Positions 25,588 to 32,000 of a stretch of 32,000 bases of DNA are shown here, in pieces. The stretch lies in assembly GCA_035387745.1 (NCBI GenBank), contig DAOOON010000001.1:43622-75621 (forward strand), in the 5' to 3' direction. Position numbers and translations under genes: made by a program. Positions within the stretch are counted from its first letter, which is position 1. Every line of letters starts with the position of its first letter. The notes under the pieces are model-generated. The model was not told where the DNA came from. It saw only the letters and a program-made list of their open reading frames with translations, and searched no databases. Source of the DNA: an archaeon. Lineage in GTDB: Archaea > Iainarchaeota > Iainarchaeia > Iainarchaeales > CSSED10-239.

Positions 25588-25681
25588 TTTGTTAAAGTTA
25601 AGAATTTACGAAACCTTTAAAAACAAATATTATATAAACTTATTTATAATATATATATTAAAATAAAAAAGTGATAAATTT

Positions 25682-26530
25682 ATGCCAAAAGATATGGGAG
25701 ACGATTTCGGTTCTGACTTTGATGTTGGAGGTTCTGATAAAAAAGCATTTGGTGGAGCAAAGATTAAATGGGAAACCTTGTTACCAGTAATAATAATAAT
25801 AATTGTTGTTTTACTAATTATTTTTAAAACAAATATTTTAGCGAGTGGTTTAGACATTTTTGGAACCACGCAAGGTGCAAAGATTTTAATTCTAGGGGCC
25901 CCATCTCCTGAATTTAGAAACATATTAACAGATCAAGAAAACAAAGACATTATCAAAGAATCAAGATTTATGACTTTAGATAGTATCGATCACAATCCTG
26001 AAGAAAGAATAAAGGATTATGATATAATTATTTTAGATCAATCAATGCAAGCAGATAAGACCATAACTAGAAGAACTGGCGAAGCAATTACAAATTATGT
26101 TAAAAAAGGCGGGAAACTAATTGTTGTTTTAAATTCCGGAATTAAAAGACCAGGTGATACTTCTGTTCTTGGTTGGCAAGCAAATTTTGGGGGAATCGTT
26201 CCAGTAAATTGTTATAATTCAGGGGGAACACCATCCTGCTTAAGTCAAAGAGATCTTCAAGGGACTTTATATGTTGTCAAAGAAGATCATCCAATTGTAA
26301 AAGGCATAACACAAGTTCCAGCAGTTGAGACCTCTGGAACAATAAGAACTCAAACCTTTGATGTTTCAATAGATGGTACCGAGATTGCTTATTTAGAGGA
26401 TTCAAGAACAAATAAAACATATACAGGAATTGTTGAAGAACCATTATTAATGGGTAAAGTTATTTATTTCAATTTCAATCCTGCAATAAGTAAAGCAATT
26501 GTAATTAAAACAATACAATATCTAAGTTAA
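25682..26530 (+). CDS. Hypothetical type II membrane protein (acidic cytoplasmic N-terminus, one TM, about 220-aa ectodomain)
   Basis: The N-terminus is MPKDMGDDFGSDFDVGGSD, followed by the TM segment LLPVIIIIIVVLLIIF. YDIIILDQS...YVKKGGKLIVVLNSG is reminiscent of flavodoxin/GATase1-like folds, but no nucleophile-elbow Cys motif is seen. Confidence 0.5.
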   Translation: MPKDMGDDFGSDFDVGGSDKKAFGGAKIKWETLLPVIIIIIVVLLIIFKTNILASGLDIFGTTQGAKILILGAPSPEFRNILTDQENKDIIKESRFMTLDSIDHNPEERIKDYDIIILDQSMQADKTITRRTGEAITNYVKKGGKLIVVLNSGIKRPGDTSVLGWQANFGGIVPVNCYNSGGTPSCLSQRDLQGTLYVVKEDHPIVKGITQVPAVETSGTIRTQTFDVSIDGTEIAYLEDSRTNKTYTGIVEEPLLMGKVIYFNFNPAISKAIVIKTIQYLS

Positions 26531-26570
26531 GTATAGTAACTTAACTTTTCTTTTTATTTTTTAAAATACA

Positions 26571-26606
26571 TTTATAAATTGTATTATTCATAAATTATAT
26601 ATATAA
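26571..26606 (+). promoter_or_regulatory. Putative promoter of the L1-L10-L12 operon
   Basis: TATA-like TTTATAAA lies at 26571-26578 and ATTATATATATAATA at about 26594-26608. Both are 45-80 nt upstream of the L1 start. Confidence 0.3.
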
Positions 26607-26635
26607 TATTTTCCCGTTAATACTGCTTTAAGGCA

Positions 26636-26642
26636 GGAGGTG
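26636..26642 (+). promoter_or_regulatory. Shine-Dalgarno sequence for the TTG-initiated rpl1
   Basis: GGAGGTG lies 8 nt upstream of the TTG at 26651. Confidence 0.6.
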
Positions 26643-26650
26643 CTAAGATT

Positions 26651-27322
26651 TTGGATAAGAATATAACAGAAAAACATGTAGTTGAAAAGGCGTTATCTGA
26701 ATTAATGTCTATTTCAAAGAAAAGGAACTTTGATGAAGCAATCGAAATGGTTGTAACATTAAAGAATATGAGTCTTAAAAATAAAGACCAAAGATTAGAG
26801 TATGCAGTAAATCTACCGCACCCTTATTTAGACAAAGTAAAGTCTTTAGTTTTTGTAAAGGATAAAAATCTTGTACAAGAATTAAAAGGCGTTGTTGATA
26901 AGGTTGTTTTAGATGAAGATATTTCTAAGATTTCTAAGAAAGATGCAAAAAAAATGGCAGAGGAATATAAGGTTTTCTTGGCTGAAGGACCAGTTATGCT
27001 AACCGTCGGTAAGCACTTAGGACAGGTTCTTAGTCCTAGAGGAAAGATGCCTATTGTCGCTCCACCAAACGTGAATGCAATAAAAACACTAATCACAGCA
27101 ACAGTTTCACAACAGAAGATATCAAATAAGAAAAATAAGAGTTCCATTGCTCTACAAATAAAAATCGGGAAAAAGAGTCAAGGGGTTTCTAATTTATCTG
27201 ATAATGCTTTAGTTGTAATAAAATCATTAGTTGATAGATTGCCAATAGGTATACAAAACTTAAATCACATCTATATCAAGTCAACAATGAGTAAAAGCAT
27301 AAAAATGGGTGATGACAAATGA
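26651..27322 (+). CDS. rpl1: 50S ribosomal protein L1 (uL1), TTG start
   Basis: The N-terminal pattern KKRNFDEAIEMVVTLKN, the stretch GKHLGQVLSPRGKMP, and the operon position all fit. A strong SD precedes the TTG. Confidence 0.9.
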   Translation: MDKNITEKHVVEKALSELMSISKKRNFDEAIEMVVTLKNMSLKNKDQRLEYAVNLPHPYLDKVKSLVFVKDKNLVQELKGVVDKVVLDEDISKISKKDAKKMAEEYKVFLAEGPVMLTVGKHLGQVLSPRGKMPIVAPPNVNAIKTLITATVSQQKISNKKNKSSIALQIKIGKKSQGVSNLSDNALVVIKSLVDRLPIGIQNLNHIYIKSTMSKSIKMGDDK

Positions 27323-28074
27323 ATCACACAAAAACTTGGAGACTGGAACAATATGACGAAATTAGTAAGTTAGTTTCACAATATAAAATAATTGGTATTG
27401 CTGATCTTAAAGACTTTCCATCTAATCTTTTACAAAAGGTTAAGAAAAACATTGTTGATGCAACTTTTAAAGTAACCTCAAAGAATGTTTTAAAGAGAGT
27501 ACTTGAAGATAAGGGGCACAAAGATATTGTTGAAAAACTACCAGCTCAACCAATATTGATGTTAACAAATAAAAATGCTTTTGAGTTATACGGTGCAATA
27601 AAGAAAAGTAAGGCTCGTTCAAAAGCAAAGATAGGAATGTTATCTCCAATAGATATTGTTGTTCCAGCAGGAGACACAGGTCTTCCACCAGGCCCAGCAT
27701 TATCTGATTTGAAAAAGGTTGGTATCAAGGCTCAAGTAAGAGGTGCAACAATTTTTGTTCCTGATGACACAGTCATAGCTAAAGCTGGTAGTGTCATTAA
27801 CAGCGATATTGTTAGTACTTTGTCTAAGCTTGATATTAAACCTGTCGAACTAATGCTAGACGTTGTTTTAGTAAAGGAAGACGGAATGATATATAATAAA
27901 GATGTATTAAACATCGATGCAGAAACCATAATCCTGCAGATAGCAACAGCAGCGCGTCAAGCAGTTGGTCTTGGTGTTGAAATCGGTTATATCTGTAAAG
28001 ATACGGTTGAGCCAATGATAGCTAAAGCAGAAAGAGAGGCTAAAGCACTTGATGCTTTAGTCAATAAGGAATAA
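27319..28074 (+). CDS. rpl10: 50S ribosomal protein L10 / acidic ribosomal protein P0 (uL10), short form
   Basis: An ATGA overlap links it to rpl1. Its position between L1 and L12 fits, as does the pattern AGDTGLPPGPALSDLKKVGI. Confidence 0.88.
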   Translation: MNHTKTWRLEQYDEISKLVSQYKIIGIADLKDFPSNLLQKVKKNIVDATFKVTSKNVLKRVLEDKGHKDIVEKLPAQPILMLTNKNAFELYGAIKKSKARSKAKIGMLSPIDIVVPAGDTGLPPGPALSDLKKVGIKAQVRGATIFVPDDTVIAKAGSVINSDIVSTLSKLDIKPVELMLDVVLVKEDGMIYNKDVLNIDAETIILQIATAARQAVGLGVEIGYICKDTVEPMIAKAEREAKALDALVNKE

Positions 28075-28094
28075 TTAAATGAGGTGTAGAAAAT

Positions 28095-28385
28095 ATGGAT
28101 TATATATACGCAGTTTTGTTATTACACAAAGCAAATAAAGAAATAAACGAGGCAAACTTAAAGTCAATATTAACTTCAGCAGGAGTTCATGCAGACGATG
28201 CTAAGTTAAAAGGGCTTGTAGCAACCTTAAAGGACATAAATATTGAAGACGCAATAGCAAAGGCTTCAGTAGTTGCAGCAGCTCCAGCAGCAGCACCAGC
28301 TCATGAGACAAAGAAAGAAGTTAAAGAAGAGCACGTTGTTACTGAAGAATCAGCAGCAGAAGGCCTAAGCGCATTATTTGGTTAA
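28095..28385 (+). CDS. rpl12: 50S ribosomal protein L12 / P1 stalk protein
   Basis: The N-terminus [11 protein letters not shown], an Ala/Pro hinge AAAPAAAPA, and the conserved C-terminus EGLSALFG are present. GAGGTG lies upstream. Confidence 0.92.
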   Translation: MDYIYAVLLLHKANKEINEANLKSILTSAGVHADDAKLKGLVATLKDINIEDAIAKASVVAAAPAAAPAHETKKEVKEEHVVTEESAAEGLSALFG

Positions 28386-28480
28386 TTTTAATAACCAAAT
28401 AATCTTTTTCTTTTTTTTATTTTATTTAAAACCTTAGAATAAAAATCTATTTATAAAACTTTGTTTCTATCTATTTCCTT

Positions 28481-29374
28481 ATGGATAAAAGCATTAGATT
28501 TTCAATTATAGCATTGGTTTTGGTTATATTTATTTTTGTGCCAAGTTTTGTTTTTGCAGATGGCGGCCCTAGGCCAACTAGAGAAATATCTGTTACTTAT
28601 GAAGGCCAAATAATTAAAGATAACGAATTTTATGCAGCATATTTTAGGTGTACTAAAGATATGCCAACAAATGAAGATTTAAATTCATATATTGATGCAA
28701 AACCATTTGCTAAGCTTGGTCCATTGTTATTTATAGATGGGGGTTATGATGTTGATAAAAATTGTTATTGGACAGTAAGCGGTGTGGTGGGCGATCAAGG
28801 GACTTGTAAAGATTCAAAATGTAATTTTGGATATTATGGGTCTTCAGAGTTCAAATTTGGAGTATATCTTCCTGATGAAAATAAAACCTTTGTATCGCAA
28901 GACATTATTTATATGACTGCATTTCATAGTACCTATAAAGTAAACCTTTTAGATAATGGAGACATCATTGTAAAAGACACAACCGCATTTTATAAAACAA
29001 ATTTAGCAAAATATATTTTTGAATTTTTAATAGCATTAATTTTTACTATAATTATAGAAATTATAATAATTAAATTATTTCTTTCAAAGAATTTAAATAA
29101 AAATAGGATAATAAAGATTGCCATTTTAGCCAATCTTATATCTATAACAACATTATGGGCTGTGTGCTTTATTAGATGGCAAGATTTAAATAATGGTTTT
29201 TTGAATTGGTTAATTGTTGGGGAGATATTTGTATTCTTATTTGAATTAATCTTTATTTATATTTTAAATAAGAAATATATAACTTTTTGGAAGGTCATGC
29301 TAATGATTTTTATTGCAAATTTAGCTAGTTTTATATTAGGAGGTTTTCTATTATTTTTAATTAAAATTTTATAA
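28481..29374 (+). CDS. Membrane protein: signal peptide, Cys-containing ectodomain, four C-terminal TM helices
   Basis: The signal sequence is FSIIALVLVIFIFVPSFVFA. The ectodomain has five Cys. The TM region shows an internal two-helix repeat with intramembrane Glu and ANLxS motifs. Confidence 0.6.
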   Translation: MDKSIRFSIIALVLVIFIFVPSFVFADGGPRPTREISVTYEGQIIKDNEFYAAYFRCTKDMPTNEDLNSYIDAKPFAKLGPLLFIDGGYDVDKNCYWTVSGVVGDQGTCKDSKCNFGYYGSSEFKFGVYLPDENKTFVSQDIIYMTAFHSTYKVNLLDNGDIIVKDTTAFYKTNLAKYIFEFLIALIFTIIIEIIIIKLFLSKNLNKNRIIKIAILANLISITTLWAVCFIRWQDLNNGFLNWLIVGEIFVFLFELIFIYILNKKYITFWKVMLMIFIANLASFILGGFLLFLIKIL

Positions 29375-29473
29375 GCGATTCTATTTATAAACTATTTTTT
29401 TAGTCTTGCACTGGACAGCCACCCTAGTTAAATATATATACATCAATTTCAAGAAATATATTGGTGTATAGTT

Positions 29474-30352
29474 ATGGAAAAAGAAAATGCATTAATTGTT
29501 TTTCAGAATAAAAAAATTAGAAGAACCTGGTTTAATGAAGAATGGTGGTTTGTAGCAATAGACATAGTAGAAGTATTAACTGATTCTATAGATCCTTCAG
29601 GATATTTAAAAGATATAAGAAGAAGAGATGAATCTTTTAACAAAGGGTGGGGGCAAATAGCCACCCCCCTCTCAATACAAACGGCCGGTGGTAAACAACA
29701 ATTAAATTGTATTTCACTTAAAGGCGCTTTTCGTTTAATTCAATCAATCCCCTCTCCAAAAGCTGAACCTTTCAAGAGGTGGCTAGCCAAAGTCGGTTAT
29801 GAAAGAATACAAGAGATTCAAGATCCAGAACTTATTCAAAAAAGATTAAAAGAACTATATAGACAAAAAGGATATTCTGATTCTTGGATTGAAAAAAGAT
29901 TAAGGGGGATAATAGTTAGAGATGAATTAACAGACGAATGGAAAAAAAGAGGGATAAAAGAAGAAAAAGATTTTTCCATTCTCACAGCAGAGATTTCTAA
30001 AGCAACTTTTGATATAATTCCAAGCGAGTATAAAAAAATAAAAAATTTAAAAAATGAAAATCTAAGAGATCACATGGACGATTTAGAGTTGTTGTTTATA
30101 GTTCTTGGAGAAACTCTTACTAAAGAGATTATAATTAAGGAAGATCCAAAAGAACTGGAAAAAGCAAAAACAATTGCAAATCGTGGAGGCAAAGTTGCAG
30201 GAATTGCAAGAGTTGCTGCAGAAAAAGAATTAGAAAGAAAAATTATTTCAGAGAGCAATTATCTTGCAATTCCTGAAAAACGAAAAAGATTAAGATTTAA
30301 GAACCCAAAATGCAAAAAGCCAAGTTACAATACAAAATCAAAATCAAGATAG
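29474..30352 (+). CDS. Bro-N domain protein (bacterial/phage antirepressor-like family)
   Basis: The N-terminal pattern VFQNKKIRRTWFNEEWWFVAIDIVEVLTDS fits the Bro-N domain. The block SIPSPKAEPFKRWLAKVGYERIQEIQDPE is, from memory, highly conserved in this widespread bacterial family. Confidence 0.75.
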   Translation: MEKENALIVFQNKKIRRTWFNEEWWFVAIDIVEVLTDSIDPSGYLKDIRRRDESFNKGWGQIATPLSIQTAGGKQQLNCISLKGAFRLIQSIPSPKAEPFKRWLAKVGYERIQEIQDPELIQKRLKELYRQKGYSDSWIEKRLRGIIVRDELTDEWKKRGIKEEKDFSILTAEISKATFDIIPSEYKKIKNLKNENLRDHMDDLELLFIVLGETLTKEIIIKEDPKELEKAKTIANRGGKVAGIARVAAEKELERKIISESNYLAIPEKRKRLRFKNPKCKKPSYNTKSKSR

Positions 30353-30388
30353 TTTTTTAAATATAAGAAACACAATATATTATAAATT

Positions 30389-31945
30389 ATGTCAGAGTTT
30401 GTAGTTCACCCAATTGTTAAGAAAGAAACAATAGAGAAAAGGCTTTATCAAGAGCTTCTTACAGCGCAAGCAATAAAAGAAAGCACACTTGTGGTTGCTC
30501 CAACAGGTCTTGGCAAAACCATTGTTGCAGTTCTATTAATCGCTTATACTTATAATCCAAAGAAATCAATTATCCTTTTGTCTCCAACAAAACCGTTGAT
30601 CGCTCAGCACAAGAAAAGCATTCTAAAATTCTTAGAGATTCCAGAAGAGAAAATTATTCTTTTAACAGGAGAAACAACCCAAGAGAAAAGAAAAGCAATG
30701 TATGATGGGCAAGGTCTTGTAATCTGTGCAACACCGCAGACTATTCAATATGACCTAGAAAAGAAATTAATTAATCCTGACAACTTCAATTTGGTTATCT
30801 TTGATGAGGCGCATAGAGCCGTTGGCAGTTATTCCTATACTTTTATTTCTCAATATTTTTCTGAAGATGTTAAAAGGCTTGGGCTAACAGCTTCTCCTGG
30901 CTCGAGTAAAGCAAAGATTCAAGAAGTTGCAGAAAATCTAGGAATAAAGCACATAGAGATAAGAACAGAGCAAGATCTTGATGTTGCAGATTATGTTAAT
31001 GATATTGAAGTAGACATAAATTTTTTAGAGCTTGATTCTCTTTCAAAAGAAATTTCAAAAACCATTGACAATTATATTCAACATAAGATTGAGATTTTAC
31101 GAAAGCTTGGCTGTCCAATTCCAAACAATTACTCAAAAAAGCAAATCATCGCAATTCAAGCTGGTCTCTTTGAAAGAGTAAAGAGAGCAAAGAACAATAT
31201 CGGTTTTATTGCAATCTCTGCAATCGCTTCAGTTCTTAAATTTCTTCATGCTAAAGAACTAATCGAGACTCAAGGCTTTTTTGCAACAGAAACTTATCTT
31301 TTAAAATTAAAGAAAGAAAGTCAAGAGAAGAAGTCAAAAGCCTTGTCTGCGATTGTCAATTCTTCAGAGTTTGTAGAGGTTCTTAAGCTTCTTGAAAAAG
31401 CGATAACCAAGAGGTGTGCAAAGGAAATCGCTCTTCTTGAAATTGTCTCTTCTTTCTTAAAGGAAAACCCAAAGTCGCGAATTCTTGTTTTTAACAACTA
31501 CAGGGATAATGCCAATCATCTTGTAGAAGTGCTTAATCAAACGGCAGAAATAAAAAGCGCAAGATTTGTTGGACAGGCTAGCAAAAGTCTATCTGATAAA
31601 GGATTATCACAAAAGAATCAAACAAAAATAATTTCTGAATTTCGTGAAGGGCTCTATAATGTTCTAGTTTGCACATCTGTTGGGGAAGAGGGCCTTGATA
31701 TTCCTTCAGTTGACCTTGTTGTCTTCTATGATGCCGTAGCTTCAGAAATCCGTAACATTCAGAGGCGTGGAAGAACAGGAAGGTTTAATGTTGGTAAAGT
31801 TATTTTGCTTATTAATAAGGACACTATCGATGAGAAATACTACTTTGTCTCCCAAAATAAGGAAAAGAAAATGAAAAGTATTCTAAAAAATTTTCATAAA
31901 CCAGAAAGAAAGAAAAAAGAACAAAAAAAGATAAGTGATTATTAG
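30389..31945 (+). CDS. hef: Hef/FANCM-type superfamily 2 helicase (helicase part only)
   Basis: Motif I is APTGLGKT, motif II DEAH, motif III TASPG and motif VI QRRGRTGR. The N-terminus EKRLYQELL is typical of Hef. The 518-aa protein has no nuclease domain. Confidence 0.85.
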   Translation: MSEFVVHPIVKKETIEKRLYQELLTAQAIKESTLVVAPTGLGKTIVAVLLIAYTYNPKKSIILLSPTKPLIAQHKKSILKFLEIPEEKIILLTGETTQEKRKAMYDGQGLVICATPQTIQYDLEKKLINPDNFNLVIFDEAHRAVGSYSYTFISQYFSEDVKRLGLTASPGSSKAKIQEVAENLGIKHIEIRTEQDLDVADYVNDIEVDINFLELDSLSKEISKTIDNYIQHKIEILRKLGCPIPNNYSKKQIIAIQAGLFERVKRAKNNIGFIAISAIASVLKFLHAKELIETQGFFATETYLLKLKKESQEKKSKALSAIVNSSEFVEVLKLLEKAITKRCAKEIALLEIVSSFLKENPKSRILVFNNYRDNANHLVEVLNQTAEIKSARFVGQASKSLSDKGLSQKNQTKIISEFREGLYNVLVCTSVGEEGLDIPSVDLVVFYDAVASEIRNIQRRGRTGRFNVGKVILLINKDTIDEKYYFVSQNKEKKMKSILKNFHKPERKKKEQKKISDY

Positions 31946-31947
31946 AT

Positions 31948-32000
31948 ATGCCTCAAAAACTAAAGATTGTATGTGACACAAGAGAAAGAGTTAGCCAAAT
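31948..32000 (+). CDS. ERCC4/XPF-type nuclease (Hef nuclease part), 5' end only, runs off the right edge; absent from the ORF track
   Basis: An ATG lies 2 nt after the helicase stop. MPQKLKIVCDTRERVSQ contains the (V/I)xxDxRE opening motif of ERCC4 nuclease domains. Only 17 codons are visible. Confidence 0.5.
   Translation, partial: MPQKLKIVCDTRERVSQ

Noticed and set aside
26611-26720. Possible L1 autoregulatory mRNA site (a mimic of the 23S rRNA L1-binding helix) at the start of the L1 operon, as described for Methanococcus.
   Set aside because: I found only a weak CTGC/GCAG hairpin (26623-26636). I could not reconstruct the conserved asymmetric-loop consensus from memory with enough certainty to call it. 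A covariance-model search (Rfam L1 leader or rRNA helix 77 comparison) is needed.
29646-29672. G-run followed by C-run (GGGTGGGGGCAAATAGCCACCCCCC) inside the Bro-N gene, considered as a possible hairpin or recombination site.
   Set aside because: The second half is the direct complement of the first, not its reverse complement. At most a 5-bp GGGGG/CCCCC stem can form. The segment lies in-frame in conserved coding sequence (KGWGQIATPL). I kept it only as a compositional remark under the Bro-N finding.
31936-31950. Stop-codon readthrough or programmed frameshift that would fuse the Hef helicase and nuclease ORFs.
   Set aside because: The two ORFs are in different frames, so TAG readthrough cannot join them. 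The nuclease frame is closed by TGA at 31936-31938. There is no slippery heptamer or homopolymer in the 7-nt window where a shift would have to occur. A genuine split is the simpler reading.
1-32000. Search for CRISPR arrays, rRNA genes, transposases or integrases, long direct or inverted repeats, and large noncoding regions.
   Set aside because: No spacer-repeat periodicity or long repeat is visible by eye. Every gap over 60 nt is a short AT-rich promoter-like spacer or contains the small ORFs listed above. A computational repeat scan (self dot-plot or CRISPR finder) would be needed to exclude short dispersed repeats.

Overview
This is a visibly AT-rich, gene-dense archaeal chromosomal segment with short or overlapping spacers and the standard genetic code (TAA, TAG and TGA all act as stops). 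Gene content points to a small-genome, DPANN-like archaeon; this is inference only, since no search was run. About two thirds of the window is recognisable housekeeping. That set comprises tRNA-Arg(UCG), a Zn-ribbon plus aEF-1beta pair, ABCE1, RFC large subunit, two-subunit Fe-S L-serine dehydratase, PCNA, membrane LonB, RNase Z, PheRS alpha/beta, aIF5A, an Sm protein, enolase, the L1-L10(P0)-L12(P1) operon and a Hef-type helicase. Lineage-specific membrane, secreted and unknown proteins are interspersed. I see no rRNA, CRISPR array, transposase or integrase, and no noncoding gap longer than about 125 nt. Three coding regions are absent from the ORF track: an open frame of at least 300 codons at 1-902 (-), a 51-aa 4xCxxC zinc ribbon at 1090-1245, and a 49-aa two-TM peptide at 23432-23581 (-). 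A fourth is the first codons of an ERCC4 nuclease gene at 31948-32000. The best candidates for something undescribed are these. (1) A tight operon of a PATAN/DUF4388-like protein, a Roadblock/LC7-like protein and a MinD/ParA ATPase with a C-terminal amphipathic membrane-targeting helix (20267-22058). This may be a partner module for archaeal MinD, which lacks MinC/MinE. (2) A four-gene, stop/start-overlapping operon of Cys-rich proteins with class III (type IV pilin-like) signal peptides and no assembly machinery nearby (1584-3262). (3) A Hef gene split into separate helicase and nuclease ORFs. (4) A bacterial/phage-type Bro-N gene lying among core genes. (5) A HAD-fold protein with degenerate catalytic motifs, translationally coupled to enolase. 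All family assignments come from motif recognition by eye and need profile or structure searches to confirm.
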